Origin: Erysipelotrichaceae bacterium
Lineage (GTDB): Bacteria; Bacillota_I; Bacilli_A; Erysipelotrichales; Erysipelotrichaceae
Assembly (NCBI GenBank): GCA_017550145.1
Contig: JAFZQG010000015.1
Span: 73,934-137,933, forward strand
DNA: 64,000 bases
Reading direction: 5' to 3'
In this document: positions 52,646 through 62,511 of the stretch, piece by piece
Layout of the letters: every line of letters begins with the position of its first letter
Position numbering within the stretch: the first letter of the stretch is position 1
Translations under genes and position numbers: made by a program
The notes under the pieces: model-generated
Told to the model about the DNA's origin: nothing
Database searches by the model: none
What the model saw: the letters and a program-made list of their open reading frames with translations, nothing else

Positions 52646-54611
52646 ACTTCAGATTCTTTTCCATGAATACATGCATCTCGGCGATAGTCTGCCAGAAGAC
52701 TTCTCCCTGGCCTCGATCATGAGAACCCAGGGCCAGAACTCTTAACAGGATCGGATTATCGCTTTTATTATGTTCCTGCATCGTGGCAGCAAACGATTTG
52801 CCATGGTATGGCGGAACGTTGTTGTCACACTCGCCGGTCTGGATATAGACAGCCGGGTATTCGACGTCTTTAACGTTATGGACCGGTGAATAGCTTAAGA
52901 GGTATTCGAATTCTTCTTTACTGTTATACGGATCGCCGTATTCCGTTATATACATCGGACCGCGGTCATCCTTGGCGAAGTGGATCATATCGGTATGCGG
53001 TACCGAATCGATTACGCAACCCCATAGATCAGATCTCATCGTGACGAGCGTGCTCATCAGAAGGCCACCATTGGAACAGCCGCTGATCGCGATCTTCTCC
53101 GGAACTGTCCAGCCTTTTTCAATGACGCTTTCCGCAATACCGATGAAGTCATAGTAACAGTTCTTTTTCTTCATGCCCATGCCTTCTTCATGCCATCTGG
53201 TTCCGTATTCGCTTCCGCCTCTGAGCAGGCAATGTACATAGATGCCGCCGCTTCTGACCCAGGCAGCGATGTTGGTCTGTGAGACCATTTCGGTTGACCA
53301 TGGAGGCATCGGAGCGTTATATCCGCCGTAGCCGTAAATAAGAGTCTTATGGCTCTTATCATTTTCCGCATCTTTCTGACGGACCAGATAATAAGGAATA
53401 GGGGTCTTATCATCAATAGATATGCCATACAGTAATTCGACAGTCAGATCGCTGCTGTCTTCATCCTTACCGCATAATGTTTTAAATGTTTCACCATCAA
53501 ATTCGAGTAACTTCGGTGAAGATGTGAATGAATCGTAGGAAAAGACCTTTCCTTTAGCTGTTTTACCATTTAAGGAAAGCGATACGACTTTCTCCGGTAA
53601 TTCGATTTCTTTGTCTTCATCAAGACTGATCAGTTTGGATGCGCCGTCTTTACTTCCCAATAAGAAGATCTTCTCATTGACGGTAAAACCGCTGTCGATA
53701 TAGGCTTCTTTTTCGCTTCTGATCAGCTGAGCTTTACTGATGTCATCCTTATCGTTGATTGCAATAACATCACCATGAGGATTTTCTTCCAGGGAAACAA
53801 AATAGTGCTTTCCGTTAATCGAATCGATATACTTTAATTTCATAGCCTTATCCGGATTGAGCGGATAGATGCTTTCATCTTCTTCGTTATAGATATAGAA
53901 GAAATCTTCGGAATAGTTTACGGAGAAAGAAAAGATCAGACTTCTTCCGTCTTCAGAGATCTTGGTTTCGCCAAAGATCGCATTACCTTCATAGGCAAAA
54001 ACATCACTTACTTCATTTGTATCTCTGTCCCATTTCTGGATAACCGTCTGTGATTTATTCCCATCGGTTTTTGTAGTAGGGACATAAATGACTGCTTTCT
54101 TCTTGGACCAGACTCCCGAGAAGGTCATCGGTAAGATCTTGAGAATTTCACCTTTTCTGAAATCATAGACGATGATGTCGGGACGCGGAGCGTTGTCGAC
54201 CTGAGCCATGATCCCCAGAAGATCTTCATCGACAGGACATGGTGAAGCATAGAAAGGTGTTCTTTCCGGCAGATCATAACGTTTGAATAAGGTCTTTGTT
54301 TTATTCAGATTTGCATCCAGTTTGTTAATTGTGAAATTGCCGTCGTTGTCTTCGCTGGCGATGTATCCGTCATGCCAAGGACTGATATATAACGGCAGAT
54401 CGGGATTCTTTTCAGCCTTGAGTTTTTCGATCATGGCGTTTACTTCTTCTTTATTGAAGTACTGATCGGTAAAGGTATTCTCTCTGGCGGTGAAATCTTT
54501 TACTTCGGGATCATCGGTATTTCTTAACCAGGTATATGGTGCGGGAAGCTGATGTCCGAAATGCTCTTCGACCAGCTCACTTTTTCTGATTTGAGGATAA
54601 TTATATTTCAT
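52644..54611 (-). CDS. prolyl oligopeptidase family (S9) serine peptidase, cytoplasmic
   Basis: 655 aa. N-terminal beta-propeller-type region. Catalytic GCSNGGLL (GxSxGG) and C-terminal GSHD. No signal peptide. Confidence 0.85.
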   Translation of the reverse strand: MKYNYPQIRKSELVEEHFGHQLPAPYTWLRNTDDPEVKDFTARENTFTDQYFNKEEVNAMIEKLKAEKNPDLPLYISPWHDGYIASEDNDGNFTINKLDANLNKTKTLFKRYDLPERTPFYASPCPVDEDLLGIMAQVDNAPRPDIIVYDFRKGEILKILPMTFSGVWSKKKAVIYVPTTKTDGNKSQTVIQKWDRDTNEVSDVFAYEGNAIFGETKISEDGRSLIFSFSVNYSEDFFYIYNEEDESIYPLNPDKAMKLKYIDSINGKHYFVSLEENPHGDVIAINDKDDISKAQLIRSEKEAYIDSGFTVNEKIFLLGSKDGASKLISLDEDKEIELPEKVVSLSLNGKTAKGKVFSYDSFTSSPKLLEFDGETFKTLCGKDEDSSDLTVELLYGISIDDKTPIPYYLVRQKDAENDKSHKTLIYGYGGYNAPMPPWSTEMVSQTNIAAWVRSGGIYVHCLLRGGSEYGTRWHEEGMGMKKKNCYYDFIGIAESVIEKGWTVPEKIAISGCSNGGLLMSTLVTMRSDLWGCVIDSVPHTDMIHFAKDDRGPMYITEYGDPYNSKEEFEYLLSYSPVHNVKDVEYPAVYIQTGECDNNVPPYHGKSFAATMQEHNKSDNPILLRVLALGSHDRGQGEVFWQTIAEMHVFMEKNLK

Positions 54612-55758
54612 CTTTCTTGTATACGACCTTTCCGTTGATCATGGTTAATAAGAGATTGGCTCTGACATCTTCCGATGGCAGGGCATCAAAAATCAGGATA
54701 TCGGCATCTTTCTTTTCTTCAAGAGATCCGATTCGATCATCGACCATCAGGATCTCGGCGGCATTGATGGTGATCATGCGCAATGCTCTGATCGGATCCA
54801 TGCCTTTTCTGACGGCTTCACCGACTTCACAGATCAGAAGGTTTTCCGGAGTGACAGGGCCGTCGGTCATGACGGATACTCTGATACCGCGGTCATCCAG
54901 GCCTTTACAGCACTCAAAGTCGATCTTTCCGCCTTCACCAGGGAACAGACCTGCAGAGATCGGACCGAAGATGACGCCTTTGACATGTTTATCTTTGAGA
55001 ACATCGTAATAATCGGAAGCTCCCTGAGCGTGGTCGATCGTGACATTGATGTCGAATTCTTTGGCGATCTCAACGACTGTCACCATATCATGCATATAGG
55101 TATGGACTTTAAGTGGGATTTTTTTCTCCAGAACCGGAATACCATGTTCCAATCCGAGATCATACAAAGGCATTTTCTTCGGATCGTTCTTGGCTTTCTT
55201 TTTCTTGTCCATATATTCTTCTACCCTACGTAAATAGTCTCTCATCAGGAAAGCAATACCCATTCTGCTCATCGGCAGACGGTTAGCTTTGGAGTAGACA
55301 CCTTTAGGGTTGATACCTGTGGCAGCTTTTAGACATACAGGATGTTTTAATAATCTTTCATCGATACTTCCTTCATTGGATTTTAAAACGATACCCCAGC
55401 CACCGATGACGTTGCCGCTGCCCGGAATCAGACAGCTCGTGGTGATACCGTTTTTGACGGCGATCTTGAACTGTTTATCGGTAGGGTTGATACCATAGTA
55501 GGAATCCATTTCCGGAGTAACAGGATTTGTCATTTCGTTGAGATCTTCATCTTCCATGAAGACACCGCCGATATGGGAGTGGGCATCCACAAAACCCGGT
55601 AAGACAACTTTGCCTGCAGCGTCGATTACTTCGGCATTTTTAGCGGAGATGTTTCTGGCGATCTTTTCGATCTTGCCTTTGTCGTTAACCAAGATGTCGG
55701 CTTTGATGGCCTTATCATCTTTCATCGTATAAACGGTACCGTTTTTGATTACATACAT
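54601..55758 (-). CDS. amidohydrolase-superfamily metallo-hydrolase (metal ligands intact)
   Basis: 385 aa. PGFVDAHSHIG (HxH), KVHTYMHD, TIDHAQG and VMTDGP motifs. Confidence 0.8.
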   Translation of the reverse strand: MYVIKNGTVYTMKDDKAIKADILVNDKGKIEKIARNISAKNAEVIDAAGKVVLPGFVDAHSHIGGVFMEDEDLNEMTNPVTPEMDSYYGINPTDKQFKIAVKNGITTSCLIPGSGNVIGGWGIVLKSNEGSIDERLLKHPVCLKAATGINPKGVYSKANRLPMSRMGIAFLMRDYLRRVEEYMDKKKKAKNDPKKMPLYDLGLEHGIPVLEKKIPLKVHTYMHDMVTVVEIAKEFDINVTIDHAQGASDYYDVLKDKHVKGVIFGPISAGLFPGEGGKIDFECCKGLDDRGIRVSVMTDGPVTPENLLICEVGEAVRKGMDPIRALRMITINAAEILMVDDRIGSLEEKKDADILIFDALPSEDVRANLLLTMINGKVVYKKDEI

Positions 55759-56903
55759 TTGAGTTCATCTCCTTTTCTGTAGATGGATTTACCGCCCATG
55801 TAGGTGGTAATGATTTCAGCTTTATATGATTCCAGAGGATTATTGTTCCAGAGAACGATATCGGCACGTTTGCCTTCTTCGATCGAACCGGTCTGTTTGT
55901 CTACTGATAAGATCTCTGCCGGGTTATAGGTCATCATCGGCAGGACTTTCTTTTCATCTTTCAGTATTCTCATCATATTGATGCCTAACCATAAGACATC
56001 TTCTCTGATCTGCCATGAGCCGTCGACTCCGGATAAGGCGACCTTAAGACCTTTTTCGCTTAAGGCAGCAATGCCTTTGAGATCAAGTCTCATTGAGGTA
56101 TCATCCATAGTCATTGAATTTGAACGGACAACTAATGGAATTTTCTTATCGATGATCCAGTCACACTTTTCATCAAGTTCATAACCGTTACATAAAACGA
56201 GTTTAATTTTATATGGTTTAAGGATTTCCAAGGCATGTAAGGCATCCTGTTTTGTGTCAACAGATAAGAAGAGCGGAAGTTTCTTCTTGAGGACCTTCTG
56301 TAAGGCTTCCATCTTTACGTCTCTTTCCTTGTCTTTTTCAGGTTTGTATTCAGCTGCTTTCTTGAGCTGGGTAGCGAACTGTTCGAAGATCCACATTTTA
56401 GTCTGCGGGGCGACGTTACGCTTGCCATAGGCCAGTTTAAGATTGTTTCTGACTGAAGCCATCATACCGACTTGTGGATTGATGCACATCTCAAAAGGAT
56501 TCAAGCCGTCAACTTCAAAGACAGCCATCGTTCCGCCAAAGAGGTTATTGTCAGTAGGGGTGACACCGATAGTGGTTAGACCGAAGGCACCTAACTGCTG
56601 AGCTGAAGCAGCCCGGCCGTTGAAGGCGTATTTAACATCCAGCTGCGGAGTGATCGGATCACTTAATTCGTCGTTATCACTGCTGGAAGGTCTGATTTCG
56701 GTTGCGGAACCGTTGATGCCCCAATGGGAAAGCGTCTGGATGAAACCAGGGAATACTTCTAATCCCTTGGCATCGACTGTTTCTTCGTTTTTTAATGGTT
56801 TGAGATCTGTGGCAATTTTCTCGATCTTGCCGTCTTTGATACGTATGTCACTGTTGTAGATTTTGCCTCTGCCGTCATGAATACGTCCGTTTTTAATCAG
56901 CAT
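55749..56903 (-). CDS. amidohydrolase-superfamily paralogue with degenerate metal-binding motifs
   Basis: 384 aa. It aligns by eye to the downstream paralogue, but HxH is replaced by TLSHWG, and the later His positions read FLSVDTKQD and VLCNGYE. 10-nt overlap with the next gene. SD GGAGG. Confidence 0.7.
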   Translation of the reverse strand: MLIKNGRIHDGRGKIYNSDIRIKDGKIEKIATDLKPLKNEETVDAKGLEVFPGFIQTLSHWGINGSATEIRPSSSDNDELSDPITPQLDVKYAFNGRAASAQQLGAFGLTTIGVTPTDNNLFGGTMAVFEVDGLNPFEMCINPQVGMMASVRNNLKLAYGKRNVAPQTKMWIFEQFATQLKKAAEYKPEKDKERDVKMEALQKVLKKKLPLFLSVDTKQDALHALEILKPYKIKLVLCNGYELDEKCDWIIDKKIPLVVRSNSMTMDDTSMRLDLKGIAALSEKGLKVALSGVDGSWQIREDVLWLGINMMRILKDEKKVLPMMTYNPAEILSVDKQTGSIEEGKRADIVLWNNNPLESYKAEIITTYMGGKSIYRKGDELKCM

Positions 56904-56954
56904 TTCATTATCCTCCGTATTTTGTATTTTCAGATATATTATACATTATGAAAA

Positions 56955-56969
56955 AATTTTCAGAAAATA
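56955..56969. promoter_or_regulatory. CodY-box-like palindrome AATTTTCAGAAAATA (14/15 match to AATTTTCWGAAAATT)
   Basis: Read directly in the 136-bp divergent intergenic region between the amidohydrolase operon and the peptide ABC operon. Confidence 0.55.
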
Positions 56970-57039
56970 AATGAAAAAATGTTTGTAAAAGGTGTTTCAA
57001 ATAAGTATAATGTTTATATCTAAAGCAGAGGAAAAACTA

Positions 57040-58005
57040 GTGAAAAGGTTTATATTGAAAAGATTATTTTCCGGAACGATCGTCGTCTTATTCTCGGTCC
57101 TTTTTAATTTTGTGATAATCAGAATGGCGCCGGGCGATCCTACAAGACTCTTGGCAGGTAAAGATAATCCGAGTCCGGAAATGATTGCAGCACTGCGTGA
57201 AAAATACGGTCTGAACAAACCGGTATTGGAGCAGTTCTGGATCTATTTGAAACAGCTGGCCCACGGTGATTTCGGTTACTCTTATGTATCGACAGCCAAG
57301 GTCTGGGATCTGATCGAGACAAGACTCGGTCCGACTTTCCTGATCGCCTTGACCGGTGCGGTTATTGCCCTGGTTCTGGGAACACTGCTGGGTGTTTTTG
57401 CCGCTCGTAAAAAAGGAAGCAAGTTTGATATCTTCCTTTGCGGTATTTCTTATTTCTTTGATTCAACTCCAAGCTTCTGGCTTGGCTTAATGATGATCTT
57501 ACTGTTTGCGTCGATCCTTAAATGGTTCCCGACTTACGGTATGTATTCACTAAGAGGCAACTATACAGGTATTGCCAAAGTTCTGGATCTCTTGAGACAT
57601 ATGTTCTTACCGGTTACCACACTGGTTCTTATTGATATTCCGTATTTCTTCAGAATCGCCCGTTCAAGCGTCTTACAGACGATGAGTGAAGATTTCATCA
57701 TGACTTTAAGAGCTACGGGCATGCCGGAGAAGAAGATCTTCAATAAATACGTCATGCGTAATGCGATCATTCCGACCGTTACGGTTTTCGGCATTACCCT
57801 GGCTTATATGATTACCGGTGTATCTATGATCGAGATCGTCTTTGCCTGGCCGGGCATGGGCAGACTGATGCTGGATTCGATTACCAGACGTGACTATCCG
57901 ACTTTATCGGCTATCTATCTGATGCTTTCGATTTCGGTTGCGGTAATGACGGTTGTAGTCGATATTGTTTATGCGTGGATTGATCCGCGTATCAGAATAG
58001 AGTAG
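57040..58005 (+). CDS. peptide ABC transporter permease (OppB/DppB type)
   Basis: GTG at 57040 preceded by AGAGGAAAA (VKRFILKRLFSG is a typical N-terminus). EAA loop EDFIMTLRATGMPEKKIF. C-terminal YAWIDPRIR. Confidence 0.85.
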   Translation: MKRFILKRLFSGTIVVLFSVLFNFVIIRMAPGDPTRLLAGKDNPSPEMIAALREKYGLNKPVLEQFWIYLKQLAHGDFGYSYVSTAKVWDLIETRLGPTFLIALTGAVIALVLGTLLGVFAARKKGSKFDIFLCGISYFFDSTPSFWLGLMMILLFASILKWFPTYGMYSLRGNYTGIAKVLDLLRHMFLPVTTLVLIDIPYFFRIARSSVLQTMSEDFIMTLRATGMPEKKIFNKYVMRNAIIPTVTVFGITLAYMITGVSMIEIVFAWPGMGRLMLDSITRRDYPTLSAIYLMLSISVAVMTVVVDIVYAWIDPRIRIE

Positions 58006-58014
58006 AGGTGAACT

Positions 58015-58869
58015 ATGGCAAAGAATAAAAAGAACACCTTTACGAAAATTTTAAAAACCATCAATGGCAATATCCAGCTTAAGCTCGGACTGATTTTCCT
58101 GGCTATTCTGCTGTTTATTGCGTTCTTCGGACCGGTATTCGCTCCATACAATCCGTACCGTCTGAATGACGATCTGCTTATGGCGCCATGTGCCAAGTAT
58201 CCTCTGGGTACTGATAATCTTGGCCATGATATCCTTTCTCAGATCCTCTATGGAGCTTCAACATCATTAAAAATCGGTTTCATTGCAGCCATGATTTCCG
58301 CTATCATCGGTGTTACCCTGGGCGGTATTGCCGGATTCTACGGCGGCTGGATCGATCAACTGTTAAATGAAGTAATGAATATCTTCCTGATGCTTCCGGA
58401 TTTCTTCCTGATCCTGATGATCATTGCGACTTTCGGTTCTTCGATGATGAATGTCATGATCGTCATCGGTATGACTTCCTGGGTCGGCAATGCCCGACTT
58501 ATGAGAGCGCAGGCCAAGGCCATAAAGGAAAGGACTTTTATTCAGAGCTCCTTCTCAATGGGTGAATCCAAAGCTTCGATTCTGGTCCATCACGTATTGC
58601 CTAACGGTATCTTCCCGATTATCGCCAATACGACCATGAATATTTCCGGTGCTATTCTGACCGAAGCCGGTCTGTCATTCCTGGGTCTTGGTGACCCGAA
58701 TGTCATCAGCTGGGGCCAGATCATCACCGCCGGTAAAGCTTATCTGCCTAAGTGCTGGTGGATCTGTACCTTCCCGGGTCTGATGACGATTTTCACCGTG
58801 CTGACATTCTTCTTGCTGGGTGAAGGAATCAACCGTGTCCTTTCACCGAAGATGGATGCGAACAAGTAG
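58015..58869 (+). CDS. peptide ABC transporter permease (OppC/DppC type)
   Basis: 284 aa. PLGTDNLGHDILS motif and EAA loop FIQSSFSMGESKASIL. Confidence 0.88.
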   Translation: MAKNKKNTFTKILKTINGNIQLKLGLIFLAILLFIAFFGPVFAPYNPYRLNDDLLMAPCAKYPLGTDNLGHDILSQILYGASTSLKIGFIAAMISAIIGVTLGGIAGFYGGWIDQLLNEVMNIFLMLPDFFLILMIIATFGSSMMNVMIVIGMTSWVGNARLMRAQAKAIKERTFIQSSFSMGESKASILVHHVLPNGIFPIIANTTMNISGAILTEAGLSFLGLGDPNVISWGQIITAGKAYLPKCWWICTFPGLMTIFTVLTFFLLGEGINRVLSPKMDANK

Positions 58870-58879
58870 GAGGTATGAT

Positions 58880-59857
58880 ATGAGTTTACTGGAAATCAAA
58901 AACGTTAGTATCAATTATCATACCAATGATAAAACAGTCTATGCCGTACAGGACGTCTCATTAACGGTTGAAGAAGAAGACTCTGTCGGTATCGTCGGTG
59001 AATCCGGTTCCGGAAAATCAACACTGGCGATGGGTATTCTTAGATTATTGCCGGAGAATATCATTGAAACTTCGGGTGAAGCCTTACTCAACGGTGAAGA
59101 TATCTTCACGATGAGTACGGAAGAATTACAGAAAGTCAGATGGACGCAGATGTCCGTTGTCTTCCAGAAGGCTATGAACGCCTTATCTCCGGTTCATCGA
59201 ATCGGTAAACAGATGGAAGATATCTATCGTGTTCATTATCCTGATGAGCCGAAAGAAAATATAACCAAGAGAATCTATGATCTTCTGAAACTCGTTAACC
59301 TTTCAGACAGAGTCTATATGTCATATCCGCATGAATTATCCGGCGGTATGATGCAGAGAGTTGCGATTGCCTTGGCTCTGATCTTTGAACCAAAACTGCT
59401 GATCATGGATGAAGCGACGACCGCTCTGGATGTCGTTACGCAGACCCAGATCTTAAATGAGATCATGCAGTTAGAAAAGAACATGAAGATCGCCCGTATC
59501 ATGATCACCCATGATATGTCCGTTGTCGCCTCGACCTGCAAGAAGGTCGTGGTCATGTATGCCGGAAGAGTCATGGAAGAAGGTAAGGTCGAGAATGTTC
59601 TGGTCACTCCTCAGCATCCTTACACCAAAGGCTTGCTTAATTCCTTCCCGTCCTTTACCGGTGAGAAGACCAATCTGAAAGGCATTGAAGGAAACCTTCC
59701 TGACATGTCCATCTATCCTACCGGCTGTGTCTTTGCGGACAGATGCCCGTTTGCGAAGGAAAGATGTCATAAGGAAATACCTCAGCTGAAGGATTACGGA
59801 GACAACTGGAAAGTTGCCTGCTTCCTGAAGGAAGAAGGAGGTAATATCAATGAGTGA
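58880..59857 (+). CDS. peptide ABC transporter ATP-binding protein (OppD type)
   Basis: Start at the ATG at 58880 (SD AGGAGG). GESGSGKST, LSGGMMQRVAIA, LIMDEATTALD and a C-terminal oligopeptide-type Cys motif. Confidence 0.9.
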   Translation: MSLLEIKNVSINYHTNDKTVYAVQDVSLTVEEEDSVGIVGESGSGKSTLAMGILRLLPENIIETSGEALLNGEDIFTMSTEELQKVRWTQMSVVFQKAMNALSPVHRIGKQMEDIYRVHYPDEPKENITKRIYDLLKLVNLSDRVYMSYPHELSGGMMQRVAIALALIFEPKLLIMDEATTALDVVTQTQILNEIMQLEKNMKIARIMITHDMSVVASTCKKVVVMYAGRVMEEGKVENVLVTPQHPYTKGLLNSFPSFTGEKTNLKGIEGNLPDMSIYPTGCVFADRCPFAKERCHKEIPQLKDYGDNWKVACFLKEEGGNINE

Positions 59858-60887
59858 ATTCATCAAAGTCGATAATCTGGTTAAGTATTATATCCAGAAG
59901 AAAGTCGTCAAGAAAGACGGCAAGACTTTAAATAAACAGACGATCAAGGCCGTAGACGGCGTAAGCTTCTCTTTAGACAAAGGAGAGATCGTCGGTGTCA
60001 TCGGTGAATCAGGATGTGGCAAATCAACACTTGGCCGCTTACTGATGAGACTGGAAGATCCTACTTCCGGTGATGTCTATATCGATGGAGAATCAACTTC
60101 CGCCATGCTCAAGAGAGATCCGCTGGCCTTCCGTAAGAAATGTCAGATCGTCTTCCAGAACCCGTTTGATACATTCGATCCGCGTTATACGATCAGAAAG
60201 ATCCTGATGAGTGCTACTAAATTGCACAAGATCGGTGAAACGGAAGAAGAACAGCTTAAGATCTGCAAGGATATTCTGGAAGAAGCCGGACTTATCCCGG
60301 CTGAAGATTATCTGGACCGTTATCCGTTTGAGTTATCAGGCGGACAGTTACAGCGTATTTCGATTCTGAGGAGTATGCTGCTGAATCCGGAATTCCTGGT
60401 CGCTGATGAACCTGTTTCGATGCTGGATGTATCGGTACGTGCCGATATCATCAATATGCTGACAAAACTGGCCAGACAGCACGGTTCTTCGATGGTCTTT
60501 ATCTCTCACGATATCGCAACTACAAGATACATTTCCGACAGAACGATCGTCATGTATCTGGGCAGGATTGTTGAAATCGGTAATACCGATGACATCCTGC
60601 ATGATCCTAAACATCCTTATACCCAGGCTCTGATCTCCAATTCACCGGATATTGATCCGCGTGTCAAGAAAGAGGCAATCATCCTGGAAGGCGAACCGCC
60701 AACTCCGATCGATACCGGTCCGGGCTGCTACTTCGCACCGCGTTGCCGTTTCGCAACCGAGAGATGTTTCAAGGAATATCCGAAGGCTGTTAAGACAGCT
60801 GACGGCAGGGAAGTGTCATGCTTCCGCTATGAAGAAGGTCTAAACACTGTTTCTGACAGTGATGAAAATAGACAGGAGGAGAAATAA
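59850..60887 (+). CDS. peptide ABC transporter ATP-binding protein (OppF type)
   Basis: GESGCGKST, LSGGQLQRISI, LVADEPVSMLD, and C-terminal GCYFAPRCRFATERC. Confidence 0.9.
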   Translation: MSEFIKVDNLVKYYIQKKVVKKDGKTLNKQTIKAVDGVSFSLDKGEIVGVIGESGCGKSTLGRLLMRLEDPTSGDVYIDGESTSAMLKRDPLAFRKKCQIVFQNPFDTFDPRYTIRKILMSATKLHKIGETEEEQLKICKDILEEAGLIPAEDYLDRYPFELSGGQLQRISILRSMLLNPEFLVADEPVSMLDVSVRADIINMLTKLARQHGSSMVFISHDIATTRYISDRTIVMYLGRIVEIGNTDDILHDPKHPYTQALISNSPDIDPRVKKEAIILEGEPPTPIDTGPGCYFAPRCRFATERCFKEYPKAVKTADGREVSCFRYEEGLNTVSDSDENRQEEK

Positions 60888-62449
60888 TGAAAAAATTATT
60901 AGTAGTATTGCTGATGGTTTTATTCGTCCTGACCGGCTGTGCCGGTGGTAACGGAAAGACTGAAGAAGTCGTTTACGTTATCGGACAGGATGCAGAACCT
61001 GCAACACTCAACCCGGATGCTATTTCGGATGACAACAACTATGCAATCGTGCAGAACCTGTTCCCACGTCTGTATAAGTTAAACAATGCTTTCAATGCCA
61101 TCCCTGATTTAGCTACCAGCTATGATGTATCTGATGATGCATTAACTTACACATTCCATCTTCGTGACAATGCGAAATGGTCAGATGGCGAAAAAGTAAC
61201 TTCTGCCGATGTTCTCTACACTTTCAATGAGATCGTTGACAAGAGCTATGCTTTCGAATCTGTATTCGCTTCTGTTACTTCCATGGAAGCACCTGATGAT
61301 TACACAGTCGTTCTTAAACTGAGCGAACCTGATGGATCATTCCTTGCTAACCTTTCATGGTATGGTACATTCATCCTTCCGGAACATGTCCTCAAAGGCA
61401 CTGACTGGATGACCAATGATGAATTCTCTAACAACCCTGTTACCTGCGGTCCGTTCAAATTTGATCAGTGGAACAAAGGTACAGATGTACAGATCGTAAG
61501 AGATGACAATTACTGGGGCGATGCTCCAAAACTCGACAGAGTTATCTACACAGTCGTTTCTGACGGAAACACCATGTATCAGGCTTGGCTGAATGGCGAA
61601 ATCGATGAAATCAGCGCTTACTACATTCCGACAACTGATCTGGAAGGTATCATGGCTGATACAGAACACTACTACACTGTTAATCAGGTATGGCCATCTC
61701 CTTGGTACATCACCTTCAACCTTGAAGATGAACACTTCGGAAATCCACTCGTTCGTAAAGCTGTTATGTACGGTGTCGATAGAGAAGACGTTTCAGTCAA
61801 GGCTACCGGCGGTTACAAGCCTGCCAACAACCACTTCATTCCGGACAACTTTGTTGATGCTGTAAACGATGAAGCTAAAGAAGCTGATTACGATCTGGCT
61901 AAAGCTCAGGCATTACTGGAAGAAGCTGGCTACACTAAGGATGCCAACGGTTACTACTTCGAGTGCACATTTGCTGTCATGGATGGTTTCGATGATTTCT
62001 GCAAGGTTATCGCCGACAACATGGAAAAGATGGGCATCAAGGTTAACCTCACTGTTCTCGACTACAACATTTGGGTTGAACAGTGCTTGGACAACTATGA
62101 TTTCGAAATCACTGCCTTAGGCGGATTCCAGGGACCGGATGTACTTGGTACGACCCGTCGTTGGACTACTGATGGTGCTGTCAACGTTGCTCGTTACTCA
62201 AGAGCGGAAGTTGATGAATTAGCTAAGAAGGCTACTCAGGCTGCTACCGATGAAGAGAGAAATGAATGCATCAAACAGGTTCAGACTTATCTGGCTGAAG
62301 ATGTTCCATTCGTTCTCTGTGTCAACTATGTTGACTATGCTCCGTTCAAGAGCTACATCAAGGGCAACAACTATTTAAGCGTTGCTGATGGCGGTTCGAT
62401 GGAAAAATCCGGCTTCAGTGAGTTAACATACTACTGGCTCGATAAATAA
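60887..62449 (+). CDS. ABC substrate-binding lipoprotein, family 5 (peptide/nickel type)
   Basis: 520 aa. Lipobox VLTGCAGG. Family-5 pattern LATSYDVSDDALTYTFHLRDNAKWSDG. Confidence 0.88.
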   Translation: MKKLLVVLLMVLFVLTGCAGGNGKTEEVVYVIGQDAEPATLNPDAISDDNNYAIVQNLFPRLYKLNNAFNAIPDLATSYDVSDDALTYTFHLRDNAKWSDGEKVTSADVLYTFNEIVDKSYAFESVFASVTSMEAPDDYTVVLKLSEPDGSFLANLSWYGTFILPEHVLKGTDWMTNDEFSNNPVTCGPFKFDQWNKGTDVQIVRDDNYWGDAPKLDRVIYTVVSDGNTMYQAWLNGEIDEISAYYIPTTDLEGIMADTEHYYTVNQVWPSPWYITFNLEDEHFGNPLVRKAVMYGVDREDVSVKATGGYKPANNHFIPDNFVDAVNDEAKEADYDLAKAQALLEEAGYTKDANGYYFECTFAVMDGFDDFCKVIADNMEKMGIKVNLTVLDYNIWVEQCLDNYDFEITALGGFQGPDVLGTTRRWTTDGAVNVARYSRAEVDELAKKATQAATDEERNECIKQVQTYLAEDVPFVLCVNYVDYAPFKSYIKGNNYLSVADGGSMEKSGFSELTYYWLDK

Positions 62450-62461
62450 TAATCCATTAAT

Positions 62462-62492
62462 TAAGGCAGAGGCGATAATGCCTCTGCCTTTT
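62462..62492 (+). terminator. intrinsic terminator after the ABC operon
   Basis: AAGGCAGAGGC-gataat-GCCTCTGCCTT hairpin plus TTTCTT. Confidence 0.85.
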
Positions 62493-62511
62493 CTTAAGAA
62501 AGGACTGACTT

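Noticed and set aside
56925-56939. A second CodY-like sequence, TATTTTCAGATATAT, in the same intergenic region.
   Set aside because: It matches the consensus at only 11 of 15 positions. In this AT-rich spacer that is too weak to call independently. It is noted as a possible auxiliary site only.
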